Part shown: positions 10,283 to 22,480 of the stretch, one piece after another | Layout of the letters: each line of letters opens with the position of its first letter | Position numbering within the stretch: position 1 is the first letter of the stretch | IMG/VR virus record: IMGVR_UViG_3300030406_003150 | Coordinates: 14,122 to 78,121 of that record | DNA length: 64,000 nt | DNA from: a virus | Direction: 5' to 3' (one strand) | Position numbers and translations under genes: made by a program | The notes under the pieces: model-generated | Database searches by the model: none | Told to the model about the DNA's origin: nothing | Seen by the model: the letters and a program-made list of their open reading frames with translations, nothing else

Positions 10283-10476
10283 CACTTCTTCTTTGGGTGG
10301 TCAGCCATTTTGAACGTAGCCTTCTTCACGGCACCAGGGTGTGGTACGTAGTCGCCTTTCATAAGATAGTATCTACCTCCCTCTTCCATCCAGTGAAAGC
10401 CCTTCGGTGGATCAATAGACATCTTTCGGCTTGTTACGGTAAACTTCCCGCCCTTCTTGTACTTAGCTACTTTCAT
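10282..10476 (-). CDS. Small basic phage protein
   Basis: PPKGFHWM..G.Y.LMKG.Y.PH motif; stop/start coupling with neighbours. Confidence 0.6.
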   Translation of the reverse strand: MKVAKYKKGGKFTVTSRKMSIDPPKGFHWMEEGGRYYLMKGDYVPHPGAVKKATFKMADHPKKK

Positions 10477-10769
10477 CACCACTTAGATTTGTTAGCCCAG
10501 TACGCTGCACTCATCTTGCCCTTTGCGATGTTGCGTCTGTGTCTAGCCTTGAAGCTGGCTCTCTTTTTCTTCATCTTGTCGCTCTCTCCAGCCTTTGGCT
10601 TGCCCGCTGTCTTGGCACCTTGCTGACCGTAACGTATAAGCTTTACTTTGTTTCCTTCTTTCGCTAACACTATGTGAGACTTCTTAGGGTGCTTCGGAGT
10701 TCTCTTGGGTTTGTTCACCCCAGATAACCCGTGCTTCTTAAGGAGGTTCTTGACTCTAGTATTAGACAT
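10476..10769 (-). CDS. Small basic phage protein (DUF6321-like)
   Basis: KLIRYGQQG...RASFKARH...SAAYWANKSKW; TACCTTTG 4 nt upstream. Confidence 0.65.
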   Translation of the reverse strand: MSNTRVKNLLKKHGLSGVNKPKRTPKHPKKSHIVLAKEGNKVKLIRYGQQGAKTAGKPKAGESDKMKKKRASFKARHRRNIAKGKMSAAYWANKSKW

Positions 10770-10795
10770 CTGGCAAAGGTAATAAAAATAAAAAG

Positions 10796-11053
10796 TTATG
10801 GCTTGACGCCATATTCGCCAGCGGGAAGCGTGTAAGTAATTTCTCCTCCATTTACCATATCCAAGTAGGTGTATGTTTTTGGAGAAGACAATTCCATACT
10901 TTCATAAGTAGCTCGCCAGGTTGTTTCGTTAATTTTAATGCACTCGTCTAACGAAGATTCGTTGAACCCAAAAGAAAAGTTTGGACAATTATCGTCACTC
11001 CAGCTTTCCTCTAAATCAGACTCAGAGGTAATATTTACTGTGTATGTAGCCAT
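10796..11053 (-). CDS. Hypothetical acidic protein, possible fibre chaperone
   Basis: 85 aa in an operon with the fibre genes. Confidence 0.45.
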   Translation of the reverse strand: MATYTVNITSESDLEESWSDDNCPNFSFGFNESSLDECIKINETTWRATYESMELSSPKTYTYLDMVNGGEITYTLPAGEYGVKP

Positions 11054-11055
11054 TT

Positions 11056-12413
11056 TTATTGATATTGAGCGATTAACACTTCGGCGCTGTTTGAATCTGG
11101 TCTTATAATGGCAGCTTCTCCGTTTATCTGAGAGTCTATAAGTAAAGTTGGGCTTGTTATATATGCCCCGCTGGTACTATTAGGTGATATATTTCCCTCT
11201 CTTGTATACCCAACGTAATAGAGCTTGCCAGATCTTTTTATGATAAGATACTTGACTATGTATTGACCTCGTGCATAGTAGATGTCTTCAGCATCAGTCC
11301 AGGTACTCGTTCTCACAGCGTCTCCAGCCTTATGATCATCCTGGGTTCCGTCTCCACTCATGTAATATTGCCCATCACCCTGGTGGTAAAAATGACCACT
11401 AGAGTTAATCAGGTGTGAAGAGTAGTAGTTAGCGTAAAACTTAGTCCAATCGGTCTGAAGGGTACCGCCAACAGAACCAGTTTGAACCATGATGGTTTGA
11501 TCAGAGGTTAAGTTTTGACCTAAAGGTTCGTTGCTGTCACATCTTCCGCAAGCAAAGGCCCTACCGCTTTGAATCGCAGTTGTGTGGTGATAGCTTGCGT
11601 CAACAAAAGAAAAATTATTGTTTGTAGCGCTAACGAGATTCGTAGCATCTACAGCAGTCCACGTAGTTGTGTTTCCTGACTGGGTGTTTTGTCCAGTCAT
11701 TCCGTCGTTGTTTCGCCCAGCAGTGTAAAGCACGTTGCTTGACCCCTTAATAGCAGCAGTATGATTTTGACTGACAGATACGCTAACCCAGTCGCTATCT
11801 GTTCCTATTTGAGTCCAATTACCGTAAGACGAAGAGGTTGAACCATTTCCAAACTTTCCGTAACTGTTGTTGCCAATACCATAAAGCTTTCCAGAGTTTA
11901 TAGCTAGTGCAGTAGAAGAACAGGCGGATACGTCTGTCCATCCCGTATCAGAGTCGCCAACCCCTGTAAGCTGAGTAAAGGTCCTCCGCGAGACACTCCC
12001 TGAGCCGCCCCAATAGCTGTTGGATGTAGCCATAATCCACATCTTTCCGTCTGTATCTATAATAAAAATTGCATACCCTCCAGCCGTCATTTTTGATACG
12101 GTTGGGGTAAATGGAGTAGCAGCTCTAGCGTGGATACCATTGACGTCTGAAGAGTAGTTTCTAACTATATCTGTCCCCAGGGTAAACCCAGTAACATCGT
12201 CGCCGCCGCTGTGCTTTCCGCTGGAGGCTGATTCGCTGTAGGGTTGCCTGTATGCCCCTCCCATCTGTATCAATCCAGACGTTGGCACTGTGGTGGTGTA
12301 CGTTCCCGTCCCAGCCACAGGGTCAAAAGCTCCACCAGAGGCTGGAATATCCTGTCCGTTTATAGATGCAATGTTAGCCATGTCTATACCGTTTTTCTGA
12401 TCTATGTCTGGCA

Positions 12414-12414
<1 letters not shown>
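11056..12414 (-). CDS. RCC1/BLIP-II-like beta-propeller, putative receptor-binding protein
   Basis: Repeats such as GKLYGIGNNSYGKFGNG, TQIGTDSDWVSVS, LYTAGRNNDGMTG. Confidence 0.65.
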
Positions 12415-14625
<2,211 letters not shown>

Positions 14626-14626
14626 A

Positions 14627-17074
14627 TCAACCTAATAGTGTGTTTGTAATATCTGCTGGTATATCAGAACCCTCTGCTATTTCACCTCTCTTGCCTTGAC
14701 GTTGAGATATAAGCTTGCTCTGCTTCTCCGCTTGCTTATCTATCCTTTCGTCCTTTCTGTTCTCCTTGAGAACTTCAATCTTTTCTTTAAACTCTTGATC
14801 GTCAGTCTTGAATCCAAGAGTCGCCTGAGCTTTAATTATCTCAATCTCTTTTCTAAACTGATGGCGTACCTGTTCGAGCTGCGACTCTAACTGAGTTTTA
14901 AGCTGCATCTTTTGAGCATCTATCTCTGCCTCCATCTGCATCTCTTGCATCCTAGCTTGAGAAGCAGCCTGAGCAGAAGCCTGAGCTTGCTGAGCCTGGA
15001 ACTGAGAATTTTGCGCAGCGATCTGTTGTTGAGAAGCGATTCTCTTTTTCCTTCGGATCACAAGCAAACGCTCAGCTTGATTCACATCCTTTATGTTGCG
15101 AATAGCTATAGCATCCTCAATATCTATTTCCTTTTGCTGCAAAGAAATCTGTATGTTTTGTTCCAAGTATGCCTTGTCTTTGTCCTCCATTTCTTTGACT
15201 ACCTGCACACCAAAGTTGTACATCGGCAAGTTGCTAAACGAAGAAAGGACAGACATATTTTCTTTTCCAATAGCGTTCTCATAAACCCTATACAAGACAG
15301 ACTCAGAAGGAAGTATCTGTATGCACTTCACTATGTCTTCGCACACATACTTAAACAACACCATAGAAGCATTAGTGATGTCGTATATAGCATTGTTCCC
15401 AGCTGCTATAGCTTGCTGCTGAACACCCACGAGTGTATCACCCTTAGGGGTAGAAGCATCCATCATCTCGTTGATTCCCGTAGTGTCACGGATCATTCGG
15501 AGATAGTGGTTGTATAAACCAATCAATTCGTTGATATTTCGAATGCTGTTACCTATCTCTCTGACTGGAGGATTTTGGAAACCACCTTCTGGGTTCTTGC
15601 TTCTGTAGTAGAAGACACCTGTCTGCTCGTATATGTCGTGGAGATCCAAAGGCTGAAGTTCGCCGCCCTTTCCAAGCTGTACGTTTTCTAGACCTTCGAT
15701 GTCAATGATCAGTCCGTCAGGCTTGGCCTTTGCGATAGCTTGCTGCAACTTCAAGTGAGTCAACTGCAACATATCGGCAAAACCCGTGCAACTATCCACC
15801 AAAGACTTTGGCATCATGTTGCGGATGTTTGTCGCAACTACAGAATAAGACAGTCTGCACTTAGATATATCATGAATATTCTTAGGGATATTCTTGCTCA
15901 TCCCATAGTTGAAAATCATATCAGAACCGCCCAAGATATAGCTACCACCGTAAACGGTAGCAATTTCCATTTTGTGCGGTTTTCTTTGAAACACACTCCC
16001 CTGTTTAGGCTCATAATTAAAACCCTTCATAAAGAAGTTTACGTTTCCGAACCTGTTCTCCTTCTCTTCGAAATGAATACAATCAACAGAGATAAATTCA
16101 AAATCTAATATGTTAACCATATACTCATCGTACCCATACTCCTGGCGCATAAGTCGATTGTTGTAAGAGGTCTTGTTTAACGCACTAGAATCATTACCGT
16201 ACTTCCCGCTTACAGTCTTAGCTATCTTTTCAAAGTCGTGCTCTTCTAGTTCATGACCAGCTAACCTTTTTAGCTCTTGTATGGATACCGTCTTAATGTG
16301 ACCAGCATAAATTAAATCTTGGAAGGTGGGGTCCTCTGTGTAGCTATGAATAAACTTAGTCGGATCAACGTAATTAGTTTTGATTCCTTCGTTGGGGTCG
16401 TTGGTCCTCTGCACAACAGCCATGCCCAAAGAAACTAAGTCGTTAACACATCGTCTAAAAATATTATCGGTGAAGTTATTCCAGGAAAGAGTCATATTGG
16501 TTCCAATCTGAGCTGCCACTTCAGCATCAGTCTTGGTGTTTGTACCCAAGAATATTTCTGACTCTTCTAAAGAATCTGGTAATTCGTCAGGGTCGATGTC
16601 GAGAACCAACCCGCTTTTTTCTTTTAGAGCCTTAAGCTTTTCCTTGGCTTGAATCTGTACCTCTACTCTTCTTTTCTTTTTGTCTTTTTCAGAAGAAGAA
16701 AGTGGGTCTACAGCCTCAAGATTGGGGTACGGATTTCTAGAAAGGATTTTGTTTACAACGACACGAACAAACTTTGGAAGGATAGGAACTGGCGTATAAT
16801 CCAGATTCATCAAGCTGCCATCACCATCGTTCGGATTCAAAGACCGAAGAAGCTTCTTGTATATGTTGGTGTCTTGATTACCGTTAGCGTAATCCCTACT
16901 TCTTTCAAAAATAACATTTCTTTTCCCATAAAGAGATGTGGAGCTAGTCATCTTACCCCACTGAGACTCCATCGCTTTTGCGTATGCAATCCCGTAAGCC
17001 TTACTGTTTTTCGTTTCAGTGCTTGCTAACGGATCGGGAAACGAGCCTTTTTTGTTGTCGTTTTTATAATTCAT
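14627..17074 (-). CDS. Portal protein
   Basis: 815 aa after TerL; LDYTPVPILPKFV, TTGINEMMDASTP, C-terminal Q-rich coiled coil. Confidence 0.85.
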   Translation of the reverse strand: MNYKNDNKKGSFPDPLASTETKNSKAYGIAYAKAMESQWGKMTSSTSLYGKRNVIFERSRDYANGNQDTNIYKKLLRSLNPNDGDGSLMNLDYTPVPILPKFVRVVVNKILSRNPYPNLEAVDPLSSSEKDKKKRRVEVQIQAKEKLKALKEKSGLVLDIDPDELPDSLEESEIFLGTNTKTDAEVAAQIGTNMTLSWNNFTDNIFRRCVNDLVSLGMAVVQRTNDPNEGIKTNYVDPTKFIHSYTEDPTFQDLIYAGHIKTVSIQELKRLAGHELEEHDFEKIAKTVSGKYGNDSSALNKTSYNNRLMRQEYGYDEYMVNILDFEFISVDCIHFEEKENRFGNVNFFMKGFNYEPKQGSVFQRKPHKMEIATVYGGSYILGGSDMIFNYGMSKNIPKNIHDISKCRLSYSVVATNIRNMMPKSLVDSCTGFADMLQLTHLKLQQAIAKAKPDGLIIDIEGLENVQLGKGGELQPLDLHDIYEQTGVFYYRSKNPEGGFQNPPVREIGNSIRNINELIGLYNHYLRMIRDTTGINEMMDASTPKGDTLVGVQQQAIAAGNNAIYDITNASMVLFKYVCEDIVKCIQILPSESVLYRVYENAIGKENMSVLSSFSNLPMYNFGVQVVKEMEDKDKAYLEQNIQISLQQKEIDIEDAIAIRNIKDVNQAERLLVIRRKKRIASQQQIAAQNSQFQAQQAQASAQAASQARMQEMQMEAEIDAQKMQLKTQLESQLEQVRHQFRKEIEIIKAQATLGFKTDDQEFKEKIEVLKENRKDERIDKQAEKQSKLISQRQGKRGEIAEGSDIPADITNTLLG

Positions 17075-17102
17075 ATTTTTTAAAGCACAGTAAGCTTGTT
17101 TG

Positions 17103-17110
17103 CAAATATA
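17103..17110 (-). promoter_or_regulatory. -7 box TATATTTG upstream of the portal
   Basis: TAnnTTTG consensus. Confidence 0.55.
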
Positions 17111-17118
17111 GCAAATCG

Positions 17119-19248
17119 TTAATTGACCTTATATTTTCTAAAAAACACACGATCATTGAAATTAGATTCCTTCTTTTGTTTTTGTTTCTGACAGCCTAAC
17201 AATGCAAGACCAGAACTAATAGTCAAGTCATATTTAGTTCTCTTATCTATCTTAAATCCTATCCAGTCCTCTAACGTTGTATTAAAATACATCTTTCCCA
17301 CTTCGCCAGTTTCGTAGTTTACTCCAACGTGTTCATGGATATACTTCTCTATAGATTGAGCATGAGCCTGTATTACGTCCTGAGAGTTAGATGGAATCCC
17401 TTTTGTTTTCACATTTGTGTGTGAAGAAGTACTAAGCAGATGCTTAGGTCTGTCCATCAAGTAACCGTCGTAACCCCTTGACTCAAAGTATCTTACAATA
17501 CCATACTTGTTGTTCTCTACAAGCAAAGGGTATCCGTAGTAGAAAGCACACATCAAGACGTCCTCATAAAATATACTGGCTAGATCTGGGCGTGAAGCAT
17601 ATTCTACAACAAACATGTTTGAGGGGCGATTCATAGAAAACTTGTTGTACATGTGGAGCGCACCTTTAGAGCCTCTGTTGTCTACAGTAGCATCTAGGTC
17701 GTAAGAGTCAACCCCACCACAACCATATTCAGGGAAAGGCGCAACTCTTTTCCCTCTGTCCAGTTTGGATATATTTCTTTCATTTGGATCTGGCATCCAG
17801 CATACCTTGAACCTGCCGTTAGGGGTGGGAGAGAACACCACCTCTTTATCTTTTTCTTTCCAAGTAAAGTTTCCTGTAACTACAGGATTTGGGAATAGCT
17901 CGTCGTTGTGTTCTATCTGCTGATAAATCTTACCTATGTTGAAAAGGCTACCCTCAATGCTGTCCCTGAAGGCTTCGTCTTCGGTAAAAGGAAACTGCCT
18001 AGTTATCTCGTTAAGTTCAGAAGGGTCATCCTTAAAAGACTTCCTCTCATTTTTTAAATAAGACTTACTACCCAAATCAATGACCTCACCATCGATACCT
18101 ATTACGTCACCATGTATGTGTACGGTTTGGGAAGGATCTTCAACTACAGCATTTCCATACTGATCAAAGAAACCTTCTAACGCTTCGTATGCAGGAATAA
18201 ATATTCTGTAAAGACCCGACCTAGTTCTTCCGTTGGCGTTTCTCTGATTAGGATCTGAATCATTCCATAAACCTTTATACTCTTTACCGCCTTTGTTCAT
18301 AGGGTTGACAGTAGAGCCAACAATTGCCTTTCCGACAATCCTCTTACCTACAATCAAGCAAGTCCTTTCTATCCTCCAAGCTTCACGAATGTCTGTAGGC
18401 TTCTCCCACTTGCCTGCCTCGTCCAAGTAAAGCATATGCAGCTTCTCACCATCATATGCGTTGTTCGTGGTGTTCTTCCAGTTGATGACTGTATTAAGGG
18501 CATCACCACGGTAAGACGTCTTGTTGTTTTTCGTAATTCTTTTTGATGGCTCACGGAAAGCCAGCTCCATACGGGGGTTGGTGGTACCGTCCTGGATAGG
18601 CTTGAAGAAGAAGGGGTAGCCTCTAAAAATAGAGACTACTTTTTTCATGAAGATGTTTTCCTGAGCATCTTTACCAGTCTTTGACTGAATGCCCAACAAC
18701 TTCTCTTTAACTTGACTAGCTTCGTCCACAAGGACAGCAGAGCATATATTAGTGTAGCCAGAACGACGACACTTAGTATAAAGCTGACCGAAACAACGGG
18801 GATCAGCTTCGCAAGCAGCCATGTGGAGAAAGATTTCTCTTTGGAAAGCGAGGTATGATGGGTATCCGATATCAATTTTAGACCATTGTAGAAACATATA
18901 GTGTCTCCCTGTAATATACGTAGGGACCCCATTGTTGTAAAACCAAACGCCGTTCCTCCTGCGTTGAAACTCTTTCTCGATGTATACACGAAACTTTGAC
19001 CGAAACTCGGCAGGCTTCTCGAACCACTCATCCATACTTCGAATCCTTTGCAGTTCTTCGGGCATAGGCAAGCGCCTCCACAGCTGCAACTCCTTTGGCT
19101 CTTCATGGAAGAGTATTTCAGATCGCTTTGGTTTTTTTGGTAGCACAATAAGTAGCCCACTCGATTCGAAGTGATTTCCCTCTGTGCCGTTAGGGTCGAT
19201 CTTAATCCCTTTAGTTTCATAACCATCTATATCTATAAGTACAGACAT
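17119..19248 (-). CDS. terL: Terminase large subunit
   Basis: Walker A variant KCRRSGYT, Walker B LYLDEAGK, GST coupling motif, nuclease GGVDSYD...ENN...D. Start placed at MSVLID (19248) to avoid overlapping the tRNA. Confidence 0.9.
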   Translation of the reverse strand: MSVLIDIDGYETKGIKIDPNGTEGNHFESSGLLIVLPKKPKRSEILFHEEPKELQLWRRLPMPEELQRIRSMDEWFEKPAEFRSKFRVYIEKEFQRRRNGVWFYNNGVPTYITGRHYMFLQWSKIDIGYPSYLAFQREIFLHMAACEADPRCFGQLYTKCRRSGYTNICSAVLVDEASQVKEKLLGIQSKTGKDAQENIFMKKVVSIFRGYPFFFKPIQDGTTNPRMELAFREPSKRITKNNKTSYRGDALNTVINWKNTTNNAYDGEKLHMLYLDEAGKWEKPTDIREAWRIERTCLIVGKRIVGKAIVGSTVNPMNKGGKEYKGLWNDSDPNQRNANGRTRSGLYRIFIPAYEALEGFFDQYGNAVVEDPSQTVHIHGDVIGIDGEVIDLGSKSYLKNERKSFKDDPSELNEITRQFPFTEDEAFRDSIEGSLFNIGKIYQQIEHNDELFPNPVVTGNFTWKEKDKEVVFSPTPNGRFKVCWMPDPNERNISKLDRGKRVAPFPEYGCGGVDSYDLDATVDNRGSKGALHMYNKFSMNRPSNMFVVEYASRPDLASIFYEDVLMCAFYYGYPLLVENNKYGIVRYFESRGYDGYLMDRPKHLLSTSSHTNVKTKGIPSNSQDVIQAHAQSIEKYIHEHVGVNYETGEVGKMYFNTTLEDWIGFKIDKRTKYDLTISSGLALLGCQKQKQKKESNFNDRVFFRKYKVN

Positions 19249-19261
19249 TGAATTTAATTTG

Positions 19262-19335
19262 TACACCCGACAGGATTCGAACCTGTGACCGTCTGCTTAG
19301 AAGGCAGATGCTCTATCCAACTGAGCTACGAGTGC
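19262..19335 (-). tRNA. tRNA-Arg(TCT)
   Basis: GCACTCG/CGGGTGT acceptor, anticodon arm TCTGC-CTTCTAA-GCAGA, T arm ACAGG-TTCGAAT-CCTGT; CCA not encoded. Confidence 0.93.
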
Positions 19336-19670
19336 ATTCGCTCATGTGTTTTTTTACGATGGCAATTTGCACACCTTATCTCACACTTTCTTATTTCGTC
19401 TTTTATTGTTTTTATGCTGTAATAGTTAGAAACCATATCAGCTATTGCCCTTCTCTTTTCTCCTTTTACGTGATCAAACTCAAGGACCACTGGGTCTGAC
19501 TCCCCGCAATCCACACAGCTGAACATTCTTTTTACTCGGTCTACAAAAGCTTTGTTCTTTTTTCTTTGCCTTCTGTTTCTAGCCGAGCTTCTAGAGATTA
19601 TTTTCTCTTTGTTTTCTCGGTAGTGTTTAGCTGCCGCCTTAGCCTGATCTTTTTTGCTTTTGTATGGCAC
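19326..19670 (-). CDS. HNH endonuclease
   Basis: CVDCG...LEFDH...CEIRCANCHRKKT. Confidence 0.8.
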   Translation of the reverse strand: MPYKSKKDQAKAAAKHYRENKEKIISRSSARNRRQRKKNKAFVDRVKRMFSCVDCGESDPVVLEFDHVKGEKRRAIADMVSNYYSIKTIKDEIRKCEIRCANCHRKKTHERMHS

Positions 19671-19674
19671 CGTG

Positions 19675-19746
19675 TGCTCTCTATTGGATTCGAACCAATG
19701 ACCTACGAATTATGAGTTCGCTGCTCTACCGCTGAGCTAAGAGAGC
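19675..19746 (-). tRNA. tRNA with CAT anticodon (Ile2 or elongator Met)
   Basis: GCTCTCT/AGAGAGC acceptor, GCGAA-CTCATAA-TTCGT, ATTGG-TTCGAAT-CCAAT; G1-C72 paired, so not an initiator. Confidence 0.9.
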
Positions 19747-19827
19747 TTGAAGTTGACGATAGAGTGACCAGAAGTAACGTTTTGACTGCTAAAATCATAA
19801 TCACCCCAATATATTAAGCCAGTGGGT

Positions 19828-20121
19828 TTACTTGGAGAATTTTTCTGCGAATCCTCCTGAGTAGTCTTTGTCTTGTTCGATTTCTCCATTTGCTTGTAGC
19901 TCTTTAACCATTTGTTCTAATCTCTGGCGCTCTACCAGAAGTTCTTTACAATCCACAGCAGTCTGCTTTATTGACTGCAATTCTGCTTTTCGAGCAGAGC
20001 CACCAGCCTCTGGATCAACAGGCTTTTTGATTTCCTCAATCATATTGTTGATCGCAACCTCCATACTAGACATAAGTCGTCTAGCCGCACTGACAGTAGT
20101 AAACTTAGTCGAACGGCTCAT
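19828..20121 (-). CDS. Probable terminase small subunit
   Basis: Helical ~97 aa protein ending GGFAEKFSK upstream of TerL; probable start MSRSTK. Confidence 0.55.
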   Translation of the reverse strand: MSRSTKFTTVSAARRLMSSMEVAINNMIEEIKKPVDPEAGGSARKAELQSIKQTAVDCKELLVERQRLEQMVKELQANGEIEQDKDYSGGFAEKFSK

Positions 20122-20440
20122 CTCCAATCCAGTATGTTCCGTACTGAGAGCAGTACACAAATACAGGCGTACGCTCACCCACATATGACCCACCTATATT
20201 GAACTCGAAATGCTCAATAGCATCTTCACGAGTCATATCATCATCCCTACAAAGGATGTCAATGATTTGGTCAATATCGTAAACGGCTTTTGGTTCTGAC
20301 CCATGTGTCATTCCTATCAACGCTTCATCGAAACCATCGGCGATAAGACACTCGTTTTGCTCCAGAGCAGACATAAGCTCGTCTGCCTTTCTTTTTTCAG
20401 AGGCAATCATAGTCATATTAATTAAATTATCTTTCAACAT
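20105..20440 (-). CDS. Conserved phage hypothetical protein
   Basis: ADGFDEALIG..VYD..EDAIEHFEFNI.GSYVGERTPVF family motif. Confidence 0.6.
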   Translation of the reverse strand: MLKDNLINMTMIASEKRKADELMSALEQNECLIADGFDEALIGMTHGSEPKAVYDIDQIIDILCRDDDMTREDAIEHFEFNIGGSYVGERTPVFVYCSQYGTYWIGDEPFD

Positions 20441-21011
20441 ACATCAAGTCTTCAAGGCGGGTTCTGTAATATTCCTTCCCATCTATCTTGATGCGATAGT
20501 CTCGGTTCTCTTTGAACCCCACTACGTCGCCGACCTCTAGCCCTAGCGCTTCAATCCCAGAAGACGTAAATGCGACTTTACCTCTTGTTGTTGGTTTCTC
20601 TGTAAGTTTAACAACTTCGATAATTTCCGATTCTTGAACTTCCTCTTCTTCGATGGGTTCAAGAAGGCTCCAACCCGCAAGAGGTTGGATAGCACCAGTA
20701 CTGCCACTTTTAAAGCCAATAGCTTGATTATTGATAGCGTGGTCTTGATCGTACCTGACAAGGTAGTGATTATCACTGCCAGTAAGTGGTTGACCTTCGT
20801 TGATAACCACGAGATGGTGGAAGTACAGCGTGTCGCCAGGCTCGACACCAGTTTCGTACTTGAACGGGACAGCCACGACAGGGCCTTCTGTAACTCTGTT
20901 TTCAAACTCATTGAATCTATTGTCTATGTACAACTCTAAACCACCAGACGTAGTGATGGTGTCGTTTATCGTCCTGTCTAATTCGACGACAAACAAATTA
21001 AATGTTTTCAT
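20427..21011 (-). CDS. Tandem two-domain GroES-like co-chaperonin
   Basis: TTSGGLEL...GPVVAVP...VEPGDTLYF, then PLAGWSLLEP...RGKV...LEVGDVVGF...IDGKEYY. Confidence 0.7.
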   Translation of the reverse strand: MKTFNLFVVELDRTINDTITTSGGLELYIDNRFNEFENRVTEGPVVAVPFKYETGVEPGDTLYFHHLVVINEGQPLTGSDNHYLVRYDQDHAINNQAIGFKSGSTGAIQPLAGWSLLEPIEEEEVQESEIIEVVKLTEKPTTRGKVAFTSSGIEALGLEVGDVVGFKENRDYRIKIDGKEYYRTRLEDLMYVER

Positions 21012-21021
21012 TAATTAAAAT

Positions 21022-21357
21022 TTAGTAACCCCCACCGCCACTTCCTCCGCTAGGGGTAGTTGTAGGAGTAGTTTGCATTGGAATATTCTGTGTTCTTACT
21101 GGAGGCGTGTACCTTACAGGCGGGATTACGATTGGCAATCTCCTTTCAATGACTGGCGTTGGAATCTCTGCCTGTCTATTCGCTACACTTTGTCTAGACT
21201 TTGAACTTACAGGTTCAAGAATAGCGTGAAACCTATCTACATGAACAGCACCCACCATAGCACCCTTCTTGGGGTGGACATGGTAGTAACCTCTGTATCT
21301 TCTGCCATTAGGCAGCTTGAACTCCGATCCGTCTGTATAAAGGTTTTCTGTTGCCAT
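21022..21357 (-). CDS. Hypothetical protein
   Basis: LYT.G.EF.LPNG..Y.GYYH motif; Pro/Thr-rich tail. Confidence 0.5.
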   Translation of the reverse strand: MATENLYTDGSEFKLPNGRRYRGYYHVHPKKGAMVGAVHVDRFHAILEPVSSKSRQSVANRQAEIPTPVIERRLPIVIPPVRYTPPVRTQNIPMQTTPTTTPSGGSGGGGY

Positions 21358-21593
21358 CAAAAATTAAGATCAAATTCTAAAACACATGACATCTCATCTA
21401 TGCTCTTCCATAGCATGGTGCCTTCATCGTTCTCAATGTAGATCAAATAACGTTGCTTACCAAACTTGTGAAGATGTCTGTCGTCTTCTACGATAGCAGA
21501 CACTTCTCCAGATCCAGCTCGCATACCTACATAATAAGCCATTCCGTTCTTGGGGTCTTTGCCGACCACAATCTTTCTAATAAGTCCTTCCAT
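21357..21593 (-). CDS. Conserved phage hypothetical protein
   Basis: IRKIVVGKDPKNGMAYYVG...LWK..MSCVLEFDL. Confidence 0.55.
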   Translation of the reverse strand: MEGLIRKIVVGKDPKNGMAYYVGMRAGSGEVSAIVEDDRHLHKFGKQRYLIYIENDEGTMLWKSIDEMSCVLEFDLNF

Positions 21594-21889
21594 TAGTTTA
21601 ATGATATTCCCAATCCACCCAACAGGTCATCAAGAGGGTCGTCGTCTTTGTAGGCATTATCCATTATGGTCTTCACAGTTTCTAGCTCTTGCCTGTCTTG
21701 GATATTGAAGCTGTACATAGTCTTCATCTCAGCTTCCGTATCCCCCACTTCTATAGCGTCGTAATCTATTACTCCGATTACAATAGAAGCAACGGTCCTA
21801 TCCTTCATATCAAACTCCTCGATAGTCTCTTCCATCTTTTTTACAAGGCTGTACAATTCAGCAAAGAAGAGGGTCTCGTTGGGGCTCAT
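21593..21889 (-). CDS. Acidic hypothetical protein
   Basis: 98 aa; TATATTTG upstream at 21909-21916. Confidence 0.55.
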   Translation of the reverse strand: MSPNETLFFAELYSLVKKMEETIEEFDMKDRTVASIVIGVIDYDAIEVGDTEAEMKTMYSFNIQDRQELETVKTIMDNAYKDDDPLDDLLGGLGISLN

Positions 21890-21929
21890 GTTGTAAATTC
21901 GTTTGACTCAAATATACGACAGAATAGAG

Positions 21930-22349
21930 ATGCCAAAATCGACAGTTAAGAAGAAGCGGATGTTTAGAGATGTGTCTAAACTACCTAGTAAATACGTAAA
22001 GCAAAACCACCTTAAAAATCTAAGGACAGCTATGAACGAGTTCTTAGAAGACAACCCTAGCCTGACTAGAGGATATATTTATTTTATGCTGTACGCTTAC
22101 GACCTAGAGTTTTTCACTATCTCTTGGGCAGCGGAGAACTACCAGATGAGTAAAGGCAATCTAGCTGACAGGATCATATACCCGCTGATGAGCCTTGGGT
22201 ATATCTATAAGGTGTTTGATAAACTTAGCCCTTCTCAGACTCTAGAGGATCACTTGTTCCGTGATGAAACAAAGTATAACTACAGAGTTCGTTATGGGCT
22301 GTCGCAGAAAGGTAGGCTAGCGGTACAGCGTTTCTACAATTCTCTTTAG
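21930..22349 (+). CDS. Putative winged-helix transcription regulator
   Basis: Only plus-strand gene in this late arm; IYPLMSLGYIYK...RYGLSQKGR wing pattern; probable start MPKSTV. Confidence 0.5.
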   Translation: MPKSTVKKKRMFRDVSKLPSKYVKQNHLKNLRTAMNEFLEDNPSLTRGYIYFMLYAYDLEFFTISWAAENYQMSKGNLADRIIYPLMSLGYIYKVFDKLSPSQTLEDHLFRDETKYNYRVRYGLSQKGRLAVQRFYNSL

Positions 22350-22480
22350 CGGCCTTGACCACGATAAGCTTTCTTGTAGCTTTTGCTTTGCTTGTTGCTA
22401 GACGTCTTCGTCTTAGCGTGTACCCCTGGCCGCTTTTTTTTGCTGTCGCCAGGAGCGTAGTTAAATACTTGCTTAGGCAT
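22346..22480 (-). CDS. 44-aa basic peptide ending YRGQGR
   Basis: MPKQVFNYAPGDSKKKRPGVHAKTKTSSNKQSKSYKKAYRGQGR; below the ORF-track cutoff. Confidence 0.55.
   Translation of the reverse strand: MPKQVFNYAPGDSKKKRPGVHAKTKTSSNKQSKSYKKAYRGQGR

Noticed and set aside
17119-19248. Intein or intron in TerL
   Set aside because: The ORF is continuous and of ordinary size, with no intein splice motifs seen.
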